Assembly: GCA_964196195.1 (NCBI GenBank)
Contig: CAXMSE010000039.1
Location: forward strand, 66,329 to 130,328
Reading direction: 5' to 3'
Length of the DNA: 64,000 nucleotides
Origin: an uncultured Gammaproteobacteria bacterium
GTDB lineage: Bacteria > Actinomycetota > Acidimicrobiia > Acidimicrobiales > Aldehydirespiratoraceae
Below the pieces are notes generated by a model. That model had not been told where the DNA came from and did not search any database. It saw only the letters and a list, made by a program, of their open reading frames with translations. Within the stretch, counting starts at the first letter, position 1. Every line of letters begins with the position of its first letter. Positions 23,401-30,891 of this stretch are shown here, piece after piece. Both the position numbers and the translations under genes were made by a program.

Positions 23401-23892
23401 GAGTTGATCGAGGAACTCCCGCCAGCGCTGCTCGAACTCGACCTGAGAACCGATCTCGTCGAGAACCTCGACCCCCGGGGGGAGGCCCGCCTCGACCGGA
23501 TATTCGCCGAGGATTCGCTGGGCGAACGAGTGGAGGGTGCCGACCGCCGCAGCGTCGAGTTGTTGGACCGCAGCGCGAGCCGCTCCAGCCGCTGGGTCGT
23601 CGGGAGAGGTGCGGCCTTCGAATCGCTGACGGATGCGATCGCGGAGCTCGGCCGCCGCCTTCTCGGTGAACGTGATGGCCGCTATCGACTCCATGGCCAG
23701 CCCGTCGAGCAGCACGAGGGCCTCGATCCGGTCGACCAGCGCTCGGGTCTTTCCGGACCCGGCGCCGGCTTCCACGAATAGGGTCTGGTCGCGCTGTTCG
23801 CGGATCTTCACCCGCTCCGCCTGGTCGGCGGGTTGACGCTCACCGCCGTGGGAGTCGAGGCCGGGAGACTGTTGTTCAGCCACGATCGCCAC
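20500..23892 (-). CDS. adnB: AdnB/AddA-type ATP-dependent helicase-nuclease subunit (UvrD-like motor + RecB-type nuclease)
   Basis: 1,130 aa. Walker A is EAGAGSGKT, motif II is LLDEFQDTDP, with VGDPKQSIYRFRRAD and TIHGAKGLEF. The C-terminal PD-(D/E)XK motif is GYVDLLY...LVIVDWKTD. Confidence 0.85.
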   Translation of the reverse strand: MAIVAEQQSPGLDSHGGERQPADQAERVKIREQRDQTLFVEAGAGSGKTRALVDRIEALVLLDGLAMESIAAITFTEKAAAELRDRIRQRFEGRTSPDDPAAGAARAAVQQLDAAAVGTLHSFAQRILGEYPVEAGLPPGVEVLDEIGSQVEFEQRWREFLDQLLDDDEMSRSLLALEAAGVKLDALRSLALQMAANWDLVSDRLDLDPPPPVPFDGASLLARFDEVLNLRRHCAPEADDGLLKFFGRLAENRADLAGALDEIDAMAIAADMGERNGATRALKPGRNGRKSNWAIDVDEIRRTVRSLASECDAAVARVTTGALHHLGGRIGTFVVRSAEQRRAEGRLEFHDLLVHARRVLSHPVHGQAVRSSLRERYTRLLLDEFQDTDPIQIELAVLIATSEDDPGGRSWHDLPLDPGRLFVVGDPKQSIYRFRRADIGVYLAARDRIHDRPSLTVNFRTTAPIISWINDVFGELIRPEPGSQPEYVALSAHREEAAPAGPSVALLGSEPIAEKLKADSLRLVETRDVALTVAGALRGPQPWMVGDNKGGWREALPSDVCILLPARTSLPALERALDRVGVPYRAETSSLVYASREVRELMLTLRAVADPTDELATVAALRSFVYGCGDDDLAHWRLGHQGRFSLRSDPPEGTEGHPVADGLAHLAQLHEARLWSTPAELLDRVVRDRAVLESAIATGAPRDVWRRLRFVTDQARAWVDAGGTDLRAYLQWARLQGADNARVSETVLPETDDDSVRIMTIHGAKGLEFPITVLAGMTTQFQRPSRGPSIDFPPDGSALVKLSSIVASEGYDSWKPIDDQMDEHERLRLMYVAATRARDHLVVCLHRLDQKARTSASVMAEPALRSTAATAFVPTPTSYTAPTAPERAAVPERALWARERSAALAAASTRMVVAATTLAREVADAADPGLHKRSRDLDLPPWQKGRYGTAVGRAVHGVLQIVDLATGAGLDDAAAAQAAAEGVTNRTAVIRRLASSAIESPIAQAATRSKHWREVWVAAPVGERLVEGYVDLLYRDAEGLVIVDWKTDHVQGDDDIAAKLERYRLQGASYAAAVRAATGEPISRMVFVFLSEQGATEAELSDLGLAMAEVEARAGELADLSATGGEAADL

Positions 23893-26800
23893 CGTTTACA
23901 GCAAGATAGGTGACCAATTCCGGATCGTCTTGGAGCCGGCTCCAGTCGGCGTACTGGTGGGCCAGGCCGAGGCCATCGGGCTCGCAGAACTCGCAGTCGA
24001 CCCAGGGGCGAAACTTGGGCACGGCGGGGTGTTGGGGGAAGTGGCCGGTAGCGATGCCGTCGACGATCATCGCCACCGTGGTGAGGGCGGTGGCTTCCAC
24101 CTCGGGGGTGACCGCGTAGCCGACTGTGTCGAAGCGGCCCTTGCGGGTAACGAACCAGTAGTCGCCCCTGACAGATGCGTTCGGCCGGTCGAGGATCTCG
24201 CGAACGGCCAGGGAATAGAGCACGAGCTGGAGGTGGGCGCCGCCGGGGGTGGGGTCGTCGGCGCTCAAGCCGCGGTAGTTGCGGCTCGAACCAGTCTTGT
24301 AGTCGATCACCACCAACTCGCCGTTGCTGGTCTCGTCGACGCGGTCGATGGCCCCGCGGAGGAGGAGAGTGCGGCCGTCGGGTAACTCGAGGCTGACCGG
24401 CGGCGTGTTGCCCCCGGGCATTCCGAACGCCATCTCGGTGGCGACTGCTCGTGAACCGTGGGCCGCGCGCTGGGCATGATCGAATTCGGCGAAGTCGAGC
24501 AGGTCGCTCATGAGGACCTGACGATCGCGCTGCCAGTACACCCGCCGCCCGACTATCCCGCGGGCCTGAAGCCGGTCGGCTTCATCGGACGCAGCGGCCA
24601 GGAGTCGCTTGACCTCGGAGTCGGGCCACGGCGCCCCCGGGGCGGGCGAAGCGCCCCTCGATAGTGCCTCGCTGATCCAGCGATCGAGAAGATCGTGCAC
24701 GAGCGAACCGAGGGTGAGCGGCGAGATGCGGTACTGCTCCTCGGGGTCTTGCACCGAGTCGACGCGCAGGATGTGGCGGATGAAGTATGCGTGGGGGCAT
24801 TTCGCCCATGACTCGAGGCGGGTGGCGGAGCTGATCTCGCCGGCGTCGGTGGGCGCCGGGAGTTGGGCCCCTCGAAGATCGCCGTCGGTGGCGAGGTTTC
24901 CGTCGAAGCGAGTGAAACGCGACGAGAGCCGACCTGTGACGAGGTCGATGCCGCGACGAAGCGCGGGCCGAAGGTCGACCAGGGGATCGGTGCGGATATC
25001 GGCGCCTGCTTCGGCCCGGTCGAGCAGGGCTCGCACGTCGTATTCCTGATCGTGAGCCGGGAAGGGTGACGATCTGAGCCCGGCGATGAAGGACGGCACC
25101 TCGGTGAGCCAATCGCCGGTGAGTCGGTTGAGATCGGCGGCCGAGGGCCTGACCCCATCGCGGATCTCGGTGGAGTCGAGCAGCCACCGGGAGGGCGCCC
25201 GCTCGGCATTGCGGCGCAGGTCGCCGCGCGGAAAGCTGAATACGACCTCGCTGGCGGCGGCCATGACGGCCAGCAGGGCTCGGTGTTCGTCGTGGACGGC
25301 ATCTGCCGCCAGGGGAAGGTCGGGGGCTGCGACGGTTCGAACTCGATCGGGGAGCAGGGGGTCGTCTCGACGGCGGGCCGGGAACGATCCCTCCGCCATT
25401 CCGAGAACAACGACGTTGTCGAGCTCGAGTCCGATGGCCAACTTCACATTCCCGACGAGTACCCCGTTGCCGAAGGAGCCGTGGCGGCCAAGATCGTCGG
25501 CGAGTTGGAGCTCGAGGGCCCGCCGAAAGCTCGACGGGTTGGGGTTGGGATCGATCCCGTCGAGGTCGGCCAGCCGATCTATCGCGGCGTCGATCCTCTG
25601 GGCGGCCGCTCGTTCCTCCGCGGGCCAATTGGTTCGGAGCGCTTCGCCCCCGAGATAGGTGCGGACGAGTTGGCGGCACCAGGAGGCGAGGCCGGACCAC
25701 GATGTGGCGCGGCCAGCTGGATCGAGATCGTGGGCCAGGCGGGTGATGAAGCCCGCGAGCTCGCCTGCATGCTCGGCGTCGCGTCGAAGCCGGGCAACCC
25801 GCCATCCCTGCTCATCGTCGTCTTGGAATCGCACCGCCTCGGCCTCAAGGTCTTCGATGCGACGCTCCAGGCGATTCGTCCATTGTTGGAGGCCACCGAC
25901 GATGCCGGCGGCTCTCGATGCTCGCTCCCATGCCGCCACCGGCGCGGGCCGGTTGTCGAGGCCCCGCACAGGGGCGCCGGCGAGCCAGGCCGCGACATCG
26001 TGGCGAGACAGGTTGTGGTCGGGCAATGCCAACAAGGCGAGTAGTGAGCGGCCGAGTAGGGAGGCATCGGCGGTGCGAACCGATGAGCCGAACCAGGCGA
26101 TTCCGGCTGCATCGAGGGCATCGCCGGCGAGCCGGGCGTAGGGGTCGGTGGCGCTGTAGAGGATTGCGCAACGGGCCAGCGGAATCCCACGGCGCGCGGC
26201 CGCAATCACTGTTCGCACTGCGTGGCGCACCTCGTCGTCGGCATCTGACACGGTGAGCGCGCGGTGGGCTATGGGGATGGGCGGGACCGAAGCCCCGGGG
26301 AGGGGCCACTCCGCTCCGATCGCTTCGATTGCCTGGCGGACCGATGCGTCGGCGTCGTCGACGCCGGTGATGCCGGCCAGCACCAATAGGGGGTGACGGC
26401 GGGCGAAGCCGCTCAGAAGGCGAGCCTGGCTGCTGGTGAGGTGCTGGGGGAGAAAGAGGATCGCGGGGCCTAGTTCGGCGAGGATGGGGGCGTTGGTATC
26501 GAGGGCGTGAATGGCCGCGTCGATGAGGTCCTGTTCGTCTGAGAAGCCGTCTCCCAGCCGGCGACGCACGGCCCGATGGATTCGAACCACGTCGGAGGTG
26601 CGGGGGGTGGTGGCCTCGAGTCGACGGAGGCCTGCCTCCGACACCTCCGAGAGCGACCGATGAGAACGAATCAGTGAGCGTTCGGTGGTGGGGTGTCGTT
26701 CGACCCCGGCGAAGTGGCCGGGATCTGAGTGCAGAATTGCGCGCACAGCCCCCGCGAGAACGGGCGTGGAAACCGGTCGACGGCCGGTGGCGGCAAGGCC

Positions 26801-27046
26801 CGGCGCTCCCAGGAGTTCGGCGAGCCGATACGGGGTGAGGAAGGTGACCGCCGCGATCCCGCCCTTGTGGCCGAGCGACCGTCGCGCCGCGATGCCCACA
26901 TGGTTTGAGGGAACGATCACCGCGACCGGTTGTAGTGGGTCGTCCTGCTTGTGGTGGTCGATCGCGGCTGCGAGGGTCACGTGGGCCGGAGGGCCATATG
27001 GGGTGGTGGTGACCGGGATCGACATCGCAAGGAGGATCGTACGCAC
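23876..27046 (-). CDS. adnA: AdnA/AddB-type helicase-nuclease subunit (degenerate motor domain + RecB-type nuclease)
   Basis: 1,056 aa, sited immediately upstream of adnB and overlapping it. No intact GxGKT/S was seen at the N-terminus (VAVIVPSNHVG). The C-terminal nuclease motif is GAIDRVD...LVVIDYKTG. Start is ambiguous: GTG 27046 or ATG 27025. Confidence 0.75.
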   Translation of the reverse strand: MRTILLAMSIPVTTTPYGPPAHVTLAAAIDHHKQDDPLQPVAVIVPSNHVGIAARRSLGHKGGIAAVTFLTPYRLAELLGAPGLAATGRRPVSTPVLAGAVRAILHSDPGHFAGVERHPTTERSLIRSHRSLSEVSEAGLRRLEATTPRTSDVVRIHRAVRRRLGDGFSDEQDLIDAAIHALDTNAPILAELGPAILFLPQHLTSSQARLLSGFARRHPLLVLAGITGVDDADASVRQAIEAIGAEWPLPGASVPPIPIAHRALTVSDADDEVRHAVRTVIAAARRGIPLARCAILYSATDPYARLAGDALDAAGIAWFGSSVRTADASLLGRSLLALLALPDHNLSRHDVAAWLAGAPVRGLDNRPAPVAAWERASRAAGIVGGLQQWTNRLERRIEDLEAEAVRFQDDDEQGWRVARLRRDAEHAGELAGFITRLAHDLDPAGRATSWSGLASWCRQLVRTYLGGEALRTNWPAEERAAAQRIDAAIDRLADLDGIDPNPNPSSFRRALELQLADDLGRHGSFGNGVLVGNVKLAIGLELDNVVVLGMAEGSFPARRRDDPLLPDRVRTVAAPDLPLAADAVHDEHRALLAVMAAASEVVFSFPRGDLRRNAERAPSRWLLDSTEIRDGVRPSAADLNRLTGDWLTEVPSFIAGLRSSPFPAHDQEYDVRALLDRAEAGADIRTDPLVDLRPALRRGIDLVTGRLSSRFTRFDGNLATDGDLRGAQLPAPTDAGEISSATRLESWAKCPHAYFIRHILRVDSVQDPEEQYRISPLTLGSLVHDLLDRWISEALSRGASPAPGAPWPDSEVKRLLAAASDEADRLQARGIVGRRVYWQRDRQVLMSDLLDFAEFDHAQRAAHGSRAVATEMAFGMPGGNTPPVSLELPDGRTLLLRGAIDRVDETSNGELVVIDYKTGSSRNYRGLSADDPTPGGAHLQLVLYSLAVREILDRPNASVRGDYWFVTRKGRFDTVGYAVTPEVEATALTTVAMIVDGIATGHFPQHPAVPKFRPWVDCEFCEPDGLGLAHQYADWSRLQDDPELVTYLAVNGGDRG

Positions 27047-27120
27047 ACCCTGTGACGAGGGTCGTGTCGCCGAGACTCGAAAGTCGTTTTGTGGTCGGGA
27101 CTAAGGACCCTGCTGAGAGT

Positions 27121-27186
27121 AACCCCCAAGAGTTACAATCTCTATATGAGATCTCAGATCTCTATCCAATCTGAATTACGAATGGA
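27121..27186 (+). promoter_or_regulatory. A/T-rich promoter/operator region: TACAAT -10-like box, 15-nt perfect palindrome, direct repeats
   Basis: TACAAT lies at 27134-27139. GAGATCTcAGATCTC lies at 27148-27162. ATCTCTAT occurs at 27138-45 and again at 27158-65. GGAG at 27184-87 sits 8 nt before the ATG at 27196. Confidence 0.35.
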
Positions 27187-27195
27187 GTGATCACT

Positions 27196-27909
27196 ATGAA
27201 GAAACGTCTATCAATCATCGGTTACGGGCTACTGGTCATCGGTCTGGTGTTCGTGGTTGTCGGTGGAGTCGCCTACGGAAAGGTCCAGCAGGGTTACGAC
27301 TCGCTGCACGCCTTCAGCGAGGTGCAGAACGTCAACTTGAGCTACAACGACGACGGCCAGCTCGTTGATCGGGGCACTACCGAAGGTGCCGATGCGATCA
27401 TGACCTTGCTCACAGAAGATTGGAACTACCCGGTCAACAACTCGGACTTCGATTCCAGCGATCCGCTGGTGAACACCGGGTCTGAGTACATGTTCCAGAT
27501 GGCGACAATCTCCTACCACACGTTGCACGGCACCCAGACAGTTGTCCTGGCCGAGGACGCCGAATTCAACGGTGAGATCATCGCGGCCGGCAGCTACGAC
27601 GTCGCAGTCGACGGCCGCTACTGGACCGACTTCGATCGCACGCACCCCCTCGATGGCCCGGCCCGAGGCCAGGCATGGAGCGGAACCGTCCACGGGCTGG
27701 TCGGCGAGCTCGGTGTCGGTGCTGTCACCGCATCGACCCTGCAGATGGGTCTGGCAATGGCCGGTCTGTTCGCAGGACTCGGAGTCATCTTCGTGCTCTC
27801 CGGTGGCGGCATCGTGTGGGCAGCCAAGGGCACGGAAAAGCTGTTGATCCCCGACACCATTCCCGAAGCACTGCTCGCCGACGGCAAGGCCAAGCAGCCT
27901 GTCGCCTAG
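27196..27909 (+). CDS. Hypothetical bitopic membrane protein (237 aa; TM helix at each end, ~175-aa ectodomain)
   Basis: ATG with GGAG-N8 spacing. TM1 is IIGYGLLVIGLVFVVVGGVAY and the C-terminal TM is LAMAGLFAGLGVIFVLSGGGIVW. It is visibly more A/T-rich than its neighbours. No family recognised. Confidence 0.7.
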   Translation: MKKRLSIIGYGLLVIGLVFVVVGGVAYGKVQQGYDSLHAFSEVQNVNLSYNDDGQLVDRGTTEGADAIMTLLTEDWNYPVNNSDFDSSDPLVNTGSEYMFQMATISYHTLHGTQTVVLAEDAEFNGEIIAAGSYDVAVDGRYWTDFDRTHPLDGPARGQAWSGTVHGLVGELGVGAVTASTLQMGLAMAGLFAGLGVIFVLSGGGIVWAAKGTEKLLIPDTIPEALLADGKAKQPVA

Positions 27910-27936
27910 CGATTGAAACCTGATTTCCCCCATAGT

Positions 27937-27980
27937 GACAATCACGCCTCTGCACACCAGGGGCGTGATTGTCGTTTTCG
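27937..27980 (+). terminator. Intrinsic terminator
   Basis: The stem GACAATCACGCC (27937-48) pairs perfectly with GGCGTGATTGTC (27962-73), extendable by 2-3 bp. It is followed by GTTTTCG, 28 nt after the stop codon. Confidence 0.65.
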
Positions 27981-27996
27981 CCCTCTCGCGGGTCGC

Positions 27997-28833
27997 TCAG
28001 TCGTCAGGGGGAGCGGCGAAGTCGATGAGCTCCTCCACCGCGCCGAGAAGGGGGGCTTCAAGATCCGTCCAACTCGACACCCGACCGAGCAGCTGCTTCC
28101 AGAACTCGCCGGTGGATCGTTCGACCCCGAGGGCGGCGAGCACACCCTGCTTCCACGGCTCACCGCGGGGCACCTCCGGCCAGGCGTCGATGCCGAGCAC
28201 GGCCGGCTTCACCGCCTGCCAGATGTCGACATAGGGGTGGCCACAGATCAACACGTTGGGGTCGCCGACGGTGTCGGCGATGCGCTGCTCCTTGCTTCCC
28301 TCCACGAGGTGGTCGAGCAAGACGCCGAGGCGACGTCGGTCGGTGGGTCTGAACCCACGGACCCGGTCGGCGAGGTCGTCGGCACCGTCGAGCCGCTCGA
28401 CCACGACCCCCTCCACTCTGAGGTCGGAGCCCCAGACCTTCTCGATCAGTTCGGCGTCGTGGATACCCTCGACCCAGATGCGGCTGGCGCGAGCGATCCG
28501 GGCGGGCACGGCCCCGAGGTCGATCGAGCCGGACGCGGTGAGCGATGGGGCCTCGGGCTCACGGACGGGTACGACAAGCCTGCACGGCACACCCTTGCCG
28601 TCGATACCGGCGCGCACCGAACCTTCGCTGTAGCGCACGACGTGATCGCGGCCGTGGCGATCGCGCAGGACTAGACGGGGCGGAGCGAACTCCACGAGGG
28701 CACCGACCGCACCACTGGCCCGGTCCTCGAGCACGAGGCCCCGGCGGGCCGCCACTACCGGGTAGGCGCGTTTGCGGGTTGGGGGGCCGTCGAGGGGGCC
28801 CGAGAGCATGCCGTCGTCACGCATGCCGGTCAC
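27997..28833 (-). CDS. Conserved actinobacterial protein, DUF3097-like
   Basis: 278 aa. The C-terminal half (RIWVEGIHDAELIEKVWG...VLICGHPYVDIWQAVKP) resembles my memory of DUF3097 family members found near adnAB in actinobacteria. Not verified by search. Confidence 0.55.
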   Translation of the reverse strand: MTGMRDDGMLSGPLDGPPTRKRAYPVVAARRGLVLEDRASGAVGALVEFAPPRLVLRDRHGRDHVVRYSEGSVRAGIDGKGVPCRLVVPVREPEAPSLTASGSIDLGAVPARIARASRIWVEGIHDAELIEKVWGSDLRVEGVVVERLDGADDLADRVRGFRPTDRRRLGVLLDHLVEGSKEQRIADTVGDPNVLICGHPYVDIWQAVKPAVLGIDAWPEVPRGEPWKQGVLAALGVERSTGEFWKQLLGRVSSWTDLEAPLLGAVEELIDFAAPPDD

Positions 28834-28883
28834 CGTAACCCGTTAGGGATCGTCAGAGTGGCCACTCACGGAGTTGCGACTCC

Positions 28884-28889
28884 TATGAT
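28884..28889 (+). promoter_or_regulatory. -10-like TATGAT placed for a leaderless transcript of the MerR-menF gene
   Basis: TATGAT ends 6 nt before the GTG start at 28896. There is no SD-like sequence in between. Confidence 0.3.
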
Positions 28890-28895
28890 GGTGGG

Positions 28896-30890
28896 GTGCC
28901 CTACCGTGTCGAGGAACTTGCCGAAGCCGCCGGCGTGGCGGTCGACACCGTCCGCTACTACCAGCGTGAGAAGTTGCTGGCTCCTCCCGAGCGCGAAGGT
29001 CGGCGGGCCTGGTACGACGATGGGCACCTCGAACGCCTCCGTGAGATCCGCGACCTTGCCGATCAGGGATTCAGTCTCGCCCAGATCCGCTCCCTGTCGT
29101 CCCCCGACGCCAGTGGTCTGCTGGCGGATCTCGCGTCCGAGAACGCCGCCGATCCCGAGCTCGACAAATCCGAACTCGCCCGTCGAGCGGAGGTGCCGGA
29201 GTTCCTCGTCGACGTCGTTGTGAGCGCGGGTCTGATCACCCCCAGCGGGGCATCCGGTGATGAACGCTTCGCCGCCGACAGCATCGACATGCTCGTAGCG
29301 GCGCGGACCCTCGTGAGCGAAGGCGTGTCGCTGGAGGAACTCACCGCCCTCGCTCTGCGCCACGCCACCCACGTCGAGGACGTGATCGACGACGCCATCG
29401 AAGTCTTCAAACGCCACAGCGACAACAAGGGCGGAAGTCGAGAAGACCTCGTGGCGCTCATGCACCGGCTGGTGCCGGTCGCCTCCTCCCTGGTCGGCCA
29501 GCACTTCGAACGAACCCTGCGAACCCGAGCCCTCGCCCGCATCGGCGACGATCCCGTCACCGAGGGCGGAGGGGTCGTGGTGTTCGCCCACAAGCTGGAG
29601 AAGCACCTCGACCCGGTCGCCCTCTACGAGGCGGCCGATGATCACCACCGGATGCTCTGGGTGCGGCCCGAGTCCGGGTTTGCCCTTGTCGGCCTGGGCG
29701 CCGTCGAGGTGATCGAGCCCCACGGCCAAACCAGGTTCTCGGCGGCGTCGGCGGCTCGGGCCGCGCTGGCGGCGCGAGTCCGGCGTCACGGGCCGGCCGA
29801 TGCCCCCGCTCCCGTGCTCGTCGGTGGATTCTCGTTCTCTTGTGGCGCCGGTGAACAGGGCCCCGACTGGTCGGGCTACCCCGATGCCCGGTGGGTCCTG
29901 CCGGAGCTCACCGTGGTCACCCGGGCCGACGGCTGCTGGCTGCTCGCCGCCACCGTGCTCGCGGATGGAGACGACGAGAAGGCGGCCCTCGACAAGCTTG
30001 AGGCGCGGATCGACATCCTGGCCCAGACCCCGCTGCCGGTCGCGTCATCGGGCGCTGAGGTCCCCCACGGCGAACCATCGAGCAACGATCCGCCCTATGT
30101 CGATCTGGTGGTCGAAGGAGTGGCGGCGATCACCGCCGGCGAGTTCGGGAAGGTCGTGCTGGCCCGGGTATTCGACCGGGGCCCCATCGACACCGGCCTC
30201 GTCCTCCAGCGCCTCGTCGACCGCTACCCGACGTGCGCGGTGTTCTCGGTGGGTGTGGGCGACCGCGCCTTCCTGGGTGCGAGCCCGGAGCAGCTGGTGG
30301 CCCTCGACGGCCGCGAGGTGCACACCGTCGCCCTGGCCGGAACCACCGGCCGCGGTTGGGACGAGACCACCGATACGGGGCTGGCGGCGGAGATGATGGC
30401 ATCGCCGAAGGTGCGGTCCGAGCACGCCTTCGTCGTGGACGACATCTCTTCTCGGCTGGCGACGCTGGGTCTCGTGGGCGAGACGCCCAGCGAACCGGAG
30501 GTTCTCCGTCTCGCTCGGGTGCAGCACCTCCGTACCCCGATCACCGCTCGGGTCGAACGTCGAACCGGTGGCGTCTCCGACATGGACGTGATGAGGGTGG
30601 CGAGTGTGCTCCACCCCACACCGGCGGTGGCCGGCACCCCCACCGAGGCAGCCCTGAAGTGGCTGACCACCCACGAGGACTTCGACCGGGGCTGGTATGC
30701 CGCTCCGGTCGGCTGGTGCGACCTCGACGGCAACGGCGAGCTTCGCGTGGCCCTGCGCACAGCCCTGGTCGACACTGATCGCGTGCAGCTTTTCGCCGGC
30801 GCCGGGATCGTGGCCGACTCTGATCCTGAAGATGAGCTCACCGAAACCGGCGTGAAGCTCCGTGCCCTCCTCGATGTGATGGAGTCCTGA
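28896..30890 (+). CDS. menF: MerR-family HTH domain fused to isochorismate synthase
   Basis: Single 664-aa ORF. Residues 1-70, YRVEELAEAAGVAVDTVRYYQREKLL...WYDDGHLERLREIRDLADQGFSLAQIR, are a MerR HTH. Residues ~235-664 are a chorismate-binding enzyme (GASPEQLV, LAGTTGRG, SEHAFVVD, LHPTPAVAGTP, DRGWYAAPVGW, AGAGIVADSDPEDELTET). Confidence 0.8.
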   Translation: MPYRVEELAEAAGVAVDTVRYYQREKLLAPPEREGRRAWYDDGHLERLREIRDLADQGFSLAQIRSLSSPDASGLLADLASENAADPELDKSELARRAEVPEFLVDVVVSAGLITPSGASGDERFAADSIDMLVAARTLVSEGVSLEELTALALRHATHVEDVIDDAIEVFKRHSDNKGGSREDLVALMHRLVPVASSLVGQHFERTLRTRALARIGDDPVTEGGGVVVFAHKLEKHLDPVALYEAADDHHRMLWVRPESGFALVGLGAVEVIEPHGQTRFSAASAARAALAARVRRHGPADAPAPVLVGGFSFSCGAGEQGPDWSGYPDARWVLPELTVVTRADGCWLLAATVLADGDDEKAALDKLEARIDILAQTPLPVASSGAEVPHGEPSSNDPPYVDLVVEGVAAITAGEFGKVVLARVFDRGPIDTGLVLQRLVDRYPTCAVFSVGVGDRAFLGASPEQLVALDGREVHTVALAGTTGRGWDETTDTGLAAEMMASPKVRSEHAFVVDDISSRLATLGLVGETPSEPEVLRLARVQHLRTPITARVERRTGGVSDMDVMRVASVLHPTPAVAGTPTEAALKWLTTHEDFDRGWYAAPVGWCDLDGNGELRVALRTALVDTDRVQLFAGAGIVADSDPEDELTETGVKLRALLDVMES

Positions 30891-30891
30891 C

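Noticed and set aside
27029-27036. A plus-strand AAGGAGGA inside the adnA 5' end, as a possible RBS for a small upstream ORF.
   Set aside because: No start codon lies at suitable spacing; the nearest GTG is ~15 nt away and opens a short frame that runs through the A/T-rich spacer. This is probably chance.
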